NCBI GenBank assembly: GCA_963704725.1
Contig: OY969934.1
Location: 1,344,001 to 1,408,000, forward strand
Direction: 5' to 3'
Source of the DNA: an uncultured Actinomycetes bacterium
GTDB lineage: Bacteria; Actinomycetota; UBA4738; HRBIN12
DNA: 64,000 nucleotides
Shown here: positions 1 to 9,621 of the stretch, one piece after another
Position numbering within the stretch: the first letter of the stretch is position 1
Layout: each line of letters opens with the position of its first letter
Made by a program: the position numbers and the translations under genes
The notes under the pieces: model-generated
The model's input: only the letters and a program-made list of their open reading frames with translations
Database searches by the model: none
Told to the model about the DNA's origin: nothing

Positions 1-651
1 CTCCGGACCTTGCAGCAGGCGCACCGCGGCATGGTGCTCGTCGAGCGAGGTGTCCCGTCCCTTGCGGCGGGTGATCACCACCAGGTCGTTGGCGTTCGGC
101 AGGCCCGGGATCGATTGCTCCTCGGGCCCCGGCTCGCGCTGCGAGAGCACGAGGACCTTGCCGTTCTTGTAGGCGAACCAAGCCGGCACGGTCCGGCGGA
201 CCCCGTTCACGTCCACGCCCACCCAGATGACGTCCGACTTCCGGAAGCCATCCTCGACCTCCTTGGGCAGCTTCGTCGGCGGGGTCTGCACGTACACCGG
301 GACCTCGATCTCGCCGACGATCTCGCCGTCGATCACGAACGACGCCAGGTACGCGCCGGTCTCGTCGAACGTCGCCTCCTCGACGCGATCGAGCTCGGTC
401 GTGAGGTCCATGCTCCCGAGCATCCGGCGCACCACCGGACCCCAGCGGTGCACGAGCCGGCCCGAGGGTCCGTAGAACAGGACCTCCTCGGTCACCATGC
501 CGGTGCCGATCTTCCAGGCCCGGTAGATCGTGAACGGGAGCGCCCGGCCCGGCGCGCCGAGCAGGTAGATGCCGGCGGGCCCGCGTTGTCCCTGGTCCGC
601 CAAGACGCGGTCATCCACCACGTTCGCGAAGACGAGCTCGCCGACCGTCAT
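1..651 (-). CDS. Hypothetical protein, truncated at window edge; C-terminal part weakly resembles a PNPOx-like split-barrel
   Basis: Not in the ORF track. Manual translation from ATG at 651 is open to position 1 (MTVGELVFANVVDDRV...KSDVIWVGVDVNGVRRTVPAWFAYKNGKVLVLS...), with GC3-rich codons and a TATCCT -10-like box upstream. Confidence 0.7.
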   Translation of the reverse strand, partial: MTVGELVFANVVDDRVLADQGQRGPAGIYLLGAPGRALPFTIYRAWKIGTGMVTEEVLFYGPSGRLVHRWGPVVRRMLGSMDLTTELDRVEEATFDETGAYLASFVIDGEIVGEIEVPVYVQTPPTKLPKEVEDGFRKSDVIWVGVDVNGVRRTVPAWFAYKNGKVLVLSQREPGPEEQSIPGLPNANDLVVITRRKGRDTSLDEHHAAVRLLQGPE

Positions 652-706
652 CGGAGCGGAAGGATAGCGAACGCCCCGAGCCGGAGCAGCGGCCGGGGTG
701 GGCGGA

Positions 707-1903
707 TCACACGGTGCGCGCGAGCCACAGGCGCGGCTCGTCGAGCTCGGGCAGGGAGGGGAGGGCCTCCGGGCCCGACCACATCCGCGCCAGTGTCGCC
801 TCGTCCGCGAGCTCGACGACGCGCTCGCAGAACGCCTTGCCCAGCCGGTACTGCTCGCGCTTGACCTCGATGCCGAGGAGGCGCTCCAGGACGGGGTCGA
901 CGTGCTCCGTCTCGCGGTAGCGGCGCATGGCCTCATCGATCTTCGTGTACGAGGCGAGCATCCTGGCTCCGAGGGCGTGCATCACGTGGTCGCCATAGCC
1001 CTCCGCGGCACTCATGAAGGCCTGGATCCGTCCGAGCTTCAGTCGCTGCTCGTCGTCCAGGACCGCGCCGAACAGCCCCTCGTCCGACCCCAGCATCTCC
1101 TGCATCGCCTCGGGGTTGGAGGGATCGAGCGTCTCGAGACGCCGACGGAGTGACTCGACGTCGAGCTGCAGCGTCGACGTGTAGTCCTCGAGCAGATCCC
1201 GGAACCGGGCGAGCGCCCACGGCCGGGCGAACTCGAGCCGGTGTGTGACCTCGTGGATCGCGATCCACGTCCGGAACTCCTTCGGATCGAGGCTCCAGTC
1301 CCGCTCGAAGGCCGCGATGTTCGGAACGACGAAGAGCAGGGCGCCCGCGCCGCCCGGCCGCGGCATCGGGATGTCGTACTGCCCCAGCACCTGCTGGGCG
1401 AGCGCGCCGAGCACCGTCCCGACCTGAGCCCCGAGCAACAGCGGCGAGAGCTGCGCGAGGAGCTGGGTCATGCCCGGCGCCTGGGCGGCCTCGGGCACCG
1501 CGTCGCCCTGGGCCCGGCCCACCGCCTCGGCGATCTTGGCCGCGGCCGGCTCCAGGACCGCCCGTAGCCCCTCGAGGTTCTGCTGCACCCACTGCGCCCT
1601 TCGCACGGCCTCGACCTTCGGCAGGTCTCCGGGAGGCTCGAGCCCGGTGAACCCGGCCACCTGGATCTCGGCCAGTCGGACGGACTCCTCGAACCCGCGC
1701 TGGTCCTCGGCGCTCGGCGCCGGGTCGCCCGCGCCCCACGACGACGAGGCGATGCCGACCTGCCTGGCCAGCTCCCAGTTCACGGGCCCGCTCGAGGACA
1801 GCAGCACCCGCTGGATCTCGCGGAACAGCGGCACGTCGTTCCAGATGTCGCCGAGCGGCACGCCGAACGGATTCTCCTCGGGTCGCTGGGGCGTCTCGCT
1901 CAT
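707..1903 (-). CDS. Zinc-dependent metalloprotease / putative hydrolase (DUF2342, Zincin_2 family)
   Basis: GPVNWELARQ N-terminal motif, HEVTH zincin motif, EGYGDHVM, KREQY..GKAF, PSLPEL.EP..WL.R C-terminus. Confidence 0.88.
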   Translation of the reverse strand: MSETPQRPEENPFGVPLGDIWNDVPLFREIQRVLLSSSGPVNWELARQVGIASSSWGAGDPAPSAEDQRGFEESVRLAEIQVAGFTGLEPPGDLPKVEAVRRAQWVQQNLEGLRAVLEPAAAKIAEAVGRAQGDAVPEAAQAPGMTQLLAQLSPLLLGAQVGTVLGALAQQVLGQYDIPMPRPGGAGALLFVVPNIAAFERDWSLDPKEFRTWIAIHEVTHRLEFARPWALARFRDLLEDYTSTLQLDVESLRRRLETLDPSNPEAMQEMLGSDEGLFGAVLDDEQRLKLGRIQAFMSAAEGYGDHVMHALGARMLASYTKIDEAMRRYRETEHVDPVLERLLGIEVKREQYRLGKAFCERVVELADEATLARMWSGPEALPSLPELDEPRLWLARTV

Positions 1904-1981
1904 GCGGTCATCCTACGGCCGCACCCGCGCTGGGCCGTCCCGACTCGGAGGTCGTGTCGCTCGCGGCGGGGTCCTCCTACG

Positions 1982-2416
1982 ATGGGCCGCGTGCGAGATG
2001 AGCTGCTGGTCCGGGTGACGACCGAGGAGATCGGCGCCGGCGAGCCCGTCGCGTTCGTCGCGGATCCCTCGGCGGGAGGGACGTGCGTCTTCCTCGGCAC
2101 CGTCCGGGATCGCTCCGGCGCCGGCGAGGTCACCGGGATCACGTACGAGGCCTGGGAGGAGCTCGCCCTGCGGCGGCTCGACGACCTCGGCGAGGAGCTG
2201 TTCGCCACGTGGCCGCTCCGCCGCGTGGCCTTGATCCATCGCCATGGCGAGCTCGCGATCGGCGACGTGAGCGTGGCGATCGCCGTCAGCGCCGAGCACC
2301 GCGCGGAGGCGTTCGAGGCCTGCCGGCACGCGATCGAGCGGCTGAAGCAGGACGTGCCGATCTGGAAGCAGGAGCACCTGGTGTCCGGGGAATCGAGCTG
2401 GGTGATGGGCTCGTGA
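1982..2416 (+). CDS. moaE: Molybdopterin synthase catalytic subunit
   Basis: FLGTVRD, YEAW, HRHGELAIGD, SAEHRAEAF, LKQDVPIWKQE motifs. Confidence 0.93.
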   Translation: MGRVRDELLVRVTTEEIGAGEPVAFVADPSAGGTCVFLGTVRDRSGAGEVTGITYEAWEELALRRLDDLGEELFATWPLRRVALIHRHGELAIGDVSVAIAVSAEHRAEAFEACRHAIERLKQDVPIWKQEHLVSGESSWVMGS

Positions 2417-2440
2417 GCCGACCGCCGGCGGGGGGCTGAC

Positions 2441-3448
2441 ATGGGGCGCGACCTGGCGATCGACCTGGGCACCGCCAACACCCTCGTGTACCGGCAGGGC
2501 GAGGGCATCGTCTTCAACGAGCCGACCGTCGTCGCCATGAACGCCGCGACCGGCAAGGTGGAGGCGATGGGGGACGAGGCGTGGCAGATGATCGGCGGCC
2601 GGTCGGGCAACGTCGTCGCGGTCCGGCCGCTCCGTCACGGCGTGATGACCGAGTTCGACATCACCCAGCGGATGATCGGCGTGGTCCTTCGCCGGGTCGG
2701 TGTCCCCCGGTTCCCGAGGCCGCGCGCGCTGGCGTGCATCTCGAGCGAGAGCTCGGAGGTCGAACGGCGAGCCGTCGAGGAGGCCGTCCGCTTCGCAGGT
2801 GGCCGCGGGGTGGTGCTGGTGGAGGAGCCGCTCGCCGCGGCGATCGGCGCTGGGCTGCCGATCCACGAGCCGGTCGGCAACCTGATCGTCGACGTCGGCG
2901 GCGGCACGACCGAGATGGCCGTCGTCTCGATGGGGGGCGTCGTCTCCGGAACCTCGATCCGCGTCGGCGGCTTCGACCTCGACGCCGCGATCCAGGAGCA
3001 CGTTCGAGCGGTGTACGGCGTGGCGATCGGCGAGAAGGCCGCGGAGGAGATCAAGATCGCGATCGGCTCGGCGTTCCCGGTGCAGCGCGGCCGGGCCGCG
3101 GTGGTGACCGGGCGCGAGCTCGCCTCCGGCGCCCCGACCAAGGCCCGCGTGACCGAGGACGAGATCCGCACCGCGATCTCAGAGCCCGTGCAGCGGATCG
3201 TGGACGCCGCCCGTAAGACGCTCGCCGAGGCGCCGCCCGAGCTCACCCACGACGTGCTGGAGACCGGCATGTTCCTGACGGGCGGCGGCGGGCTGCTCCG
3301 AGGCCTCGACCTCCTGCTGTCGCAGGAGTGCGAGGTGCCGGTCCACGTCACCGACCGGCCGCTCGAGACGGTCGTGCTCGGCGCCGGGGCGATGCTCGAG
3401 CACCTCGACGACTACCGGAGCTCGTTCCAGCTCACACGCCGCCGATAG
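2441..3448 (+). CDS. mreB: Rod shape-determining protein MreB/Mbl (actin-like ATPase)
   Basis: DLAIDLGTANT, RPLRHGV, EEPLAAAIGAG, DVGGGTTE, LTGGGGLL. Confidence 0.92.
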   Translation: MGRDLAIDLGTANTLVYRQGEGIVFNEPTVVAMNAATGKVEAMGDEAWQMIGGRSGNVVAVRPLRHGVMTEFDITQRMIGVVLRRVGVPRFPRPRALACISSESSEVERRAVEEAVRFAGGRGVVLVEEPLAAAIGAGLPIHEPVGNLIVDVGGGTTEMAVVSMGGVVSGTSIRVGGFDLDAAIQEHVRAVYGVAIGEKAAEEIKIAIGSAFPVQRGRAAVVTGRELASGAPTKARVTEDEIRTAISEPVQRIVDAARKTLAEAPPELTHDVLETGMFLTGGGGLLRGLDLLLSQECEVPVHVTDRPLETVVLGAGAMLEHLDDYRSSFQLTRRR

Positions 3449-3773
3449 GGCCGGTCGGGAAGAAGTGCTCGATCGTCGAGTTCACGATGTGGCCGAGCTG
3501 GTAGATGCCGAACGCGAGCGCCACGGTCGCCACCACGATCAGGACCAGCAGGCCGACGAACCCCTGGATCCGGTCGCGCCAGGTCGGTCCGCGCACGAGG
3601 ACCCGCAGGTAGGCGTAGCCCGCCCCCGGGCCCTCGGGATCCCCGCCGTCCTCCTGCCCTCCGAGGCCCTCGAACCCCACGGCGGCGGGCCGGTCCTCGC
3701 TGGCCCGGAGCGTGGCGATGTAGACCCCGCCTCCGACGAGCAGCGACAGCGCGACGACGATCAGGTAGGCCAT
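3432..3773 (-). CDS. Small hypothetical membrane protein (two TM segments)
   Basis: 113 aa with two hydrophobic helices; fills the gap between mreB and the PDZ gene. Confidence 0.65.
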   Translation of the reverse strand: MAYLIVVALSLLVGGGVYIATLRASEDRPAAVGFEGLGGQEDGGDPEGPGAGYAYLRVLVRGPTWRDRIQGFVGLLVLIVVATVALAFGIYQLGHIVNSTIEHFFPTGPIGGV

Positions 3774-3841
3774 CGTGAGAACGACGGGAGCCTACCTCCA
3801 CCGGTTCCGTCGAGAGCGAAGCTCGCCCGTACTATCGCTCC

Positions 3842-4819
3842 GTGCGCTGGCTCCGTCGTGGGTGGTTCGCCCTCCCCGCGCTCGCCGTCGTGCTGTTCGC
3901 CGGCACGGTCTTCCTCCCGTACTACAGCATCGGGCCCGGCCCCGCCCGCCCCGTCGCGCCGCTGATCCGCTTCGACGGACACGCTCGGTACGAGGCCGAC
4001 GGCAACTTCGTCCTCACGTCCATCCACTTCGAGCAGCTGACCGCGTTCGGGATCGTGCGGACCTGGCTGGACCCCGACCGATCGGTGGTCTCCAGGGACT
4101 TCCTCTTCGCGCCGGGGGAGACGGCGGACGAGGAGCATCTCCGGTCGATCTCCCAGATGGACCAGAGCAAGCTGGACGCCGCCTACGTGGTCCTCGACGA
4201 GCTGACCGGCTACCCGGAGGAACACGGGGACGGCGTCGTGATCGAGGGCGTGCAGGAAGGGTGCGCGGCCGACGGCGAGCTGTTCCCGGGCGACGTCGTT
4301 CACGCCATCGACGGCACGAGGGTGACCGACGTGGCGGACGCTCGCCGGGTGATCGAGGCCGCCCCGTCGGGGCAGGAGCTCGCGTTCGACGTCACCGTGG
4401 ACGGCGAACCCGAGACCGTGTCGCTCGTCCGCGCGCCGTGCGGTGACCGCAACGAGCCGCTCGTCGGCGTCTTCATGATCGATCGCTTCCCGATCGACGT
4501 GCGGATCTCGAGCGGCGACATCGGCGGGCCGTCGGCGGGGCTGGCGTGGGCGCTCGGGCTCTACGACCTGCTCACGCCCGGGGACCTCACCGGCGGCCGC
4601 ACGATCGCCGTCACCGGCCAGGTCGGCCTGGACGGCACGATCTTCCCGATCGGCGCGCCCGACGAGAAGGTCGTCGCCGCGGCCGACGCCGGAGCGACGG
4701 TGCTGATCCTGCCGCGGGACAATCTGGCCGAGGCACGCTCGATCGGCGACCGGGGGGTGGAGCTCGTGCCGGTCGGCTCGTTCGACGAGGCGCTCGCCTA
4801 CCTGCACGGCAACGGATGA
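3842..4819 (+). CDS. YlbL-family PDZ / Lon-like S16 serine protease
   Basis: N-terminal anchor, PYYSIGPG, PDZ region, IGGPSAGL (catalytic Ser), TG...IG..EK (catalytic Lys). Confidence 0.9.
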   Translation: MRWLRRGWFALPALAVVLFAGTVFLPYYSIGPGPARPVAPLIRFDGHARYEADGNFVLTSIHFEQLTAFGIVRTWLDPDRSVVSRDFLFAPGETADEEHLRSISQMDQSKLDAAYVVLDELTGYPEEHGDGVVIEGVQEGCAADGELFPGDVVHAIDGTRVTDVADARRVIEAAPSGQELAFDVTVDGEPETVSLVRAPCGDRNEPLVGVFMIDRFPIDVRISSGDIGGPSAGLAWALGLYDLLTPGDLTGGRTIAVTGQVGLDGTIFPIGAPDEKVVAAADAGATVLILPRDNLAEARSIGDRGVELVPVGSFDEALAYLHGNG

Positions 4820-4884
4820 CGCGAGGGGCCGGTTCGGAGCGGCCGATGATAGGCTCCTCGAGTCTGCCGGAGCGATAGAGAGGC

Positions 4885-7782
4885 ATGGTCACCCGCATCC
4901 CCGCAGCGAGTTCCGGCCGCCGCCGGATCCTCATCGTCCTCGTCGCGGTGCTCGCCGCGCTGTTCATCGCGTTCACCGCGCTCTCGGGCTTCTTCGTCGA
5001 CGTCCTGTGGTTCCGCGAGGTCCATTTCTCTCAGGTGTTCTGGACGATCCTGCGCACGAAGGTCGTGCTCGGCGTGGTGTTCGGCGTCGCGTTCTTCGCC
5101 CTGCTGTACGCGAACCTGTGGATCGTCCGCCGGTTCACCCCGACGTACCGGCCCCTGACGCCCGAGCAGGAGATCATCGAGCGCTACCGCATGCAGTTCG
5201 AGCCGTACGCGTGGTGGATCCTGCCGCTGTTCGCCGTGGTCATCGCGTTCTTCGTCGGGCTCGGCGTCACGACGCAGTGGAGGACGTTCCTGCTCTGGCG
5301 CAACTCGTCCGGCATCACCTTCGGCTCGCCCGAACCGATCTTCCACCGTGATCCCGCGTTCTACGTGTTCTCCCTGCCGTGGCTGCGGTTCGTCCAGGGG
5401 TGGCTGTTCTCGGCGCTCGTCGGCGTCCTGCTCATCACGGCGCTCGCCCACTACCTGTGGGGCGGCATCCGGCCGAACGCGCCCGGCTTGGGCGACAAGG
5501 TGACGCCGCAGGTCAAGGCGCACCTGTCGGTGCTCCTCGGCGTGATCATCCTGGTGAAGGCTTGGGGGTACTACCTCGGGCAGTTCGACCTGCTGACCTC
5601 CACGCGCGGCGTGGTCTTCGGTGCGTCCTACACGGACGTCAACGCGCAGCGACCGGCGCTGCGGATCCTCGTGTTCATCGCGATCGCGTGCGCCATCCTG
5701 TTCCTGGTCAACATCCGCTTGCGGGGGTGGGCCCTTCCGGTCATCGCCGTCGGCCTCCTCGCGCTGGTCTCGGTGATCGCGGGGGGCGCCGTGCCGGCGG
5801 CCGTGCAGCGGTTCTCCGTCGCGCCGCAGGAGTTCCAGAAGGAGCGCCCCTACATCGGGTACAACATCCGAGCGACGCGGGCGGCGTTCGGGTTGGAGGA
5901 TATCGCCCCCATCTCGCATCCGCTCACCCCCAGCATCACCGCGGACGACATCCAGAACAACGACGCCACGATCTCGAACGTCCGCCTGTGGCGCCCCGAC
6001 ATCCTCGAGGCCAACTACTCGTCGCTGCAGAAGCTGCGCGCCTACTACGCGTTCAACGACATCGACGTCGACCGGTACACGCTCGAGGGCGAGCCGCGCG
6101 TGGTGATGATCTCGGCTCGAGAGGTGAGCCAGGCCGACATCCCGGAGGGCGGCCGGACGTGGCAGAACGAGCACCTCGTCTACACGCACGGGTTCGGCGC
6201 CGTCGCCTCGCAGGTGAACACGGCCACGACGGAGGGGCAGCCGGTCTTCACGCTGAGGGACATCCCGCCGCAGGGAGACCCGCCGCTCGAGGGCAACGGC
6301 CAGCGCATCTACTACGGGGAGGGCGCGGCGGGCAACGTCCCGTTCGTGCTGGTCAACACCGGCACGAGGGAGCTCGACTATCAGGGGACGGCCGGCAACG
6401 ACCAACAGTTCGTCAACTCACCCCAGTACACGGGCGACGGGGGCATCCCGGTCGGCGGCCTGTTCCAGCGCGCGCTCTTCGCGTGGCGCTTCCGGGACGT
6501 GAACCTGCTGATCTCGGGGCTCGTGCAGGGCGACAGCCGGATCATGATCTACCGGGACATCGCCGAGCGGGTCCCCAAGGCCGCGCCCTTCCTCCAGTTC
6601 GACGGGGATCCGTACTCGGCGGTCGTGGACGGCCGCCTCGTGTGGATCTGGGACGCCTACACGGCGACCGACCAGTACCCGTACTCGGAGCCGGTCGATC
6701 TCGAGGACGTGACGACGCCCGGTCTGGCCGGCGCGCCCAGCCTCTCGGGGAGCGCCAACTACCTCCGCAACTCGGTGAAGGTCGTCGTGGACGCGTACTC
6801 GGGCGCGATGACGTACTACGTGCGGGACGACACCGACCCCATCATCCAGGTCTGGGAGCGCGTCTTCCCCGACCTGTTCACGAAGATCGAGGAGGCGCCC
6901 GCGGACCTGCAGGCGCACTTCCGCTACCCCGAGAACCTGTTCCAGGTGCAGGCGGAGCGATACACGAACTACCACGTCACCGACTCGAACGTCTTCTACC
7001 GCAAGGCGGACTTCTGGGCGCTGCCCGAGGATCCCACCGTCCCCGCCGCCTCCGAGGGCGCCCGCGAGATGCGGCCCTACTACGTGCTCATGAAGCTCCC
7101 CGGCGAGACCGACGAGACGTTCTCGCTCATCCTGCCGTTCACGCCGCAGGGCCGGCAGAACCTCGTCGCGTGGATGGCGGCCAAGTCCGACCCGGAGGAC
7201 TACGGCAAGATCGTCACGTTCCAGTTCCCGTCGGGACAGAACGTCGACGGCCCCACGCAGGTCTTCTCCCGGCTCAACCAGGACGCGCGCTTCTCCGAAC
7301 AGCGGACGCTCCTGGGCCAGACCGGGTCGACGATCCGGTTCGGCGACTTCCTCGTGATCCCCATCCAGGATTCGCTGCTCTACGTCCAGCCGGTCTACGT
7401 GCAATCGGACCAGACGAACGCGATCCCCGAGCTGCGGTTCGTCCTCGTGGCCAACGGCGCCCGGATCGGGATCGGCAGCACGCTCCTGGAAGCCCTGTCC
7501 GATTCCGTGGGCGGCGCCCCGCCCAGCGACGGCGGGGAGGAGCAGCCCCCGCCGACCGGGACCGTCGACGAGCAGGTGGCGTCGCTCCTGCAGCAGGCGG
7601 CCGAGCATTTCGCCGCGGCCGACGAGGCCCTGACGCAGGGCAACCTCGCGCGCTACCAGTCCGAGATCGAGGCCGCGAAGGCGGCGATCCAGCAGGCGGC
7701 GGACCTGCTCGGGGTGGCGAGCTCGCCGAGCCCGTCGCCGAGCGCCAGCCCGTCGCCGAGCGCCAGCCCCTCGGCCGGCTGA
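4885..7782 (+). CDS. UPF0182 family membrane protein
   Basis: 965 aa with multiple TMs; DVLWF, GASYTDV, DIDVDRY, HLVYTHGFG, YLRNSVKVVVDAY, HFRYPE, LLYVQPVY. Confidence 0.95.
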   Translation: MVTRIPAASSGRRRILIVLVAVLAALFIAFTALSGFFVDVLWFREVHFSQVFWTILRTKVVLGVVFGVAFFALLYANLWIVRRFTPTYRPLTPEQEIIERYRMQFEPYAWWILPLFAVVIAFFVGLGVTTQWRTFLLWRNSSGITFGSPEPIFHRDPAFYVFSLPWLRFVQGWLFSALVGVLLITALAHYLWGGIRPNAPGLGDKVTPQVKAHLSVLLGVIILVKAWGYYLGQFDLLTSTRGVVFGASYTDVNAQRPALRILVFIAIACAILFLVNIRLRGWALPVIAVGLLALVSVIAGGAVPAAVQRFSVAPQEFQKERPYIGYNIRATRAAFGLEDIAPISHPLTPSITADDIQNNDATISNVRLWRPDILEANYSSLQKLRAYYAFNDIDVDRYTLEGEPRVVMISAREVSQADIPEGGRTWQNEHLVYTHGFGAVASQVNTATTEGQPVFTLRDIPPQGDPPLEGNGQRIYYGEGAAGNVPFVLVNTGTRELDYQGTAGNDQQFVNSPQYTGDGGIPVGGLFQRALFAWRFRDVNLLISGLVQGDSRIMIYRDIAERVPKAAPFLQFDGDPYSAVVDGRLVWIWDAYTATDQYPYSEPVDLEDVTTPGLAGAPSLSGSANYLRNSVKVVVDAYSGAMTYYVRDDTDPIIQVWERVFPDLFTKIEEAPADLQAHFRYPENLFQVQAERYTNYHVTDSNVFYRKADFWALPEDPTVPAASEGAREMRPYYVLMKLPGETDETFSLILPFTPQGRQNLVAWMAAKSDPEDYGKIVTFQFPSGQNVDGPTQVFSRLNQDARFSEQRTLLGQTGSTIRFGDFLVIPIQDSLLYVQPVYVQSDQTNAIPELRFVLVANGARIGIGSTLLEALSDSVGGAPPSDGGEEQPPPTGTVDEQVASLLQQAAEHFAAADEALTQGNLARYQSEIEAAKAAIQQAADLLGVASSPSPSPSASPSPSASPSAG
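7724..7775 (+). repeat. Ser/Pro low-complexity tandem repeat (18-bp unit) at the UPF0182 C-terminus
   Basis: Repeated agcccgtcgccgagcgcc encoding SPSPSASPSPSASPS. Confidence 0.7.
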
Positions 7783-7883
7783 GGCCTGCGGCCGATCGGC
7801 ACGGCCGGCCGGAGTCCTTCGGCCCCCGGGCGGTCGCGCGCCCCTTCCTACCCTGAGCCCATCCGCTCCGCAGGGAGGCGACG

Positions 7884-9536
7884 ATGGCCGGCGTCCCGCC
7901 GAACATGTCCGACTACGAGGAGACCCGCCGGACCTTCCGGCTGGAGGTTCCCGAACGGTTCAACTACGCCCGCGACGTGCTCGACGCGCGGGCGGAGGCC
8001 ACGCCGGACGCGCTCGCGCTGCTCGCCGCCGGACCGCAGGGCGAGGTCGCGTCGCGCCACACCTTCTCCGATCTCGCTCGAGCGTCGCGGCGTGCGGCGA
8101 ACGCGCTCGCGGCGCACGGCGTGAGCAAGGGCGATCCGGTGTTCGTGATGCTGCCGAGGATCCCCGAGTGGCACGTGGCGCTGCTCGCGTGCATCCGGCT
8201 CGGCGCGATCCCCATGCCGGGGACGGGGCTGCTGACGTCACGCGACATCGCCTACCGCATCGGCGCCGCCGAGGCCGTCGCCGCGATCACCGACGCGGAG
8301 GGTGCGGCCAAGGTCGAGGGGATCCGAGCGGACAGTCCGACCCTGAAGTCGGCGATCTGCGTGGGCGGCGGCCGACCGAACGGCGCATGGCTCGACTGGG
8401 CCGAGCTCGTCGAGCGCGCGTCGGACGCCGAGCCGGACGCGGAGCCGACGCGCTCGGACGACCCGATGATCGCCTACTTCACGTCCGGCACGACCGGCTA
8501 CCCGAAGATGGTGCTCCACACCCAGGCCTCGTACGGCATCGGCCACGAGATCACGGCGCGGTTCTGGCAGGACCTGCACCCCGGGGACCTGCACTGGACG
8601 TTCTCGGACACCGGATGGGCCAAGGCGGCGTGGGGTCTGCTGTTCGGGCAGTGGCGGCTCGGCGCCGCCGTGTTCCTGTGGGACCAGCGCGGCAAGCCCG
8701 ACTTCGACCGGATGCTCTCGCTGATCGGCGAGCACCGCATCACCACGTTCTGCGGGCCCCCCACGGTGTTCCGCTCGGTGGTGCTCGGCGACCTGAGCCG
8801 GTTCGACTGGTCGTCGCTGCGTCACGTGGTCTCGGCCGGCGAGCCGCTGAACCCCGAGGTGATGCGGCAGTGGCGCGAGCCGACGGGCATGCAGATCCAC
8901 GACGGCTACGGGCAGACGGAGACGGTGAACCTCGCGGCGAACTTCCGGTGCCTGCCGATCCGCGAGGGATCGATGGGCAAGGCGACGCCGGGATTCGACC
9001 TGCGGGTCGTCGACGATCTCGGCAACGAGCTGGCGCCCGGGGAGACCGGCCACATCGGTGTCCGCGTGGCGCCCGAGCGGCCCGTGGGGCTGTTCCGCGA
9101 GTACTGGCGCGATCCCGAGGCCACCGCCAACAGCCGGATCGGCGACTTCTACGACACCGGCGACCTGGCGTGGGCGGACGAGGACGGCTACCTGTGGTTC
9201 GTGGGGCGCGCCGACGACGTGATCACCTCGAGCGCGTACCGCATCGGGCCGTTCGAGGTGGAGTCCGCGCTCGTCGAGCACCGGGCCGTGGCCGAGGCCG
9301 CGGTGGTGGGCAAGCCGGACAAGCTCCGCGGCGAGATCGTGAAGGCGTTCGTCGCGCTGAAGCCCGGCTTCGAGCCGGGTGACGAGCTCGCGCGCGAGCT
9401 GCAGGGGCACGTGAAGCGACTCACGGCCCCGTACAAGTACCCGCGCGAGATCGAGTTCGTCGACGAGTTGCCGAAGACCGTGAGCGGCAAGATCCGGCGC
9501 GTCGAGCTCCGCGAGCGCGAACGCCGTCGCGCCTGA
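7884..9536 (+). CDS. Medium/short-chain acyl-CoA synthetase (AMP-binding, ACSM-like)
   Basis: YFTSGTTGYPK, SAGEPLNPE, YGQTET, TGD, GRADD, YKYPREIEF, PKTVSGKIRR; GGGAGG RBS. Confidence 0.93.
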   Translation: MAGVPPNMSDYEETRRTFRLEVPERFNYARDVLDARAEATPDALALLAAGPQGEVASRHTFSDLARASRRAANALAAHGVSKGDPVFVMLPRIPEWHVALLACIRLGAIPMPGTGLLTSRDIAYRIGAAEAVAAITDAEGAAKVEGIRADSPTLKSAICVGGGRPNGAWLDWAELVERASDAEPDAEPTRSDDPMIAYFTSGTTGYPKMVLHTQASYGIGHEITARFWQDLHPGDLHWTFSDTGWAKAAWGLLFGQWRLGAAVFLWDQRGKPDFDRMLSLIGEHRITTFCGPPTVFRSVVLGDLSRFDWSSLRHVVSAGEPLNPEVMRQWREPTGMQIHDGYGQTETVNLAANFRCLPIREGSMGKATPGFDLRVVDDLGNELAPGETGHIGVRVAPERPVGLFREYWRDPEATANSRIGDFYDTGDLAWADEDGYLWFVGRADDVITSSAYRIGPFEVESALVEHRAVAEAAVVGKPDKLRGEIVKAFVALKPGFEPGDELARELQGHVKRLTAPYKYPREIEFVDELPKTVSGKIRRVELRERERRRA

Positions 9537-9541
9537 ATCCG

Positions 9542-9568
9542 GGAACCCCTCCGCGACCCGCAGCCGTC
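9542..9568 (+). promoter_or_regulatory. Putative ECF sigma-factor promoter
   Basis: GGAACC-N17-CGTC upstream of the DUF2330/cupredoxin genes. Confidence 0.55.
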
Positions 9569-9621
9569 GAAGCCCGATCACGGCCCCCGACGGGACGGGG
9601 TCGAGAGCGGAGGAGGGACCG

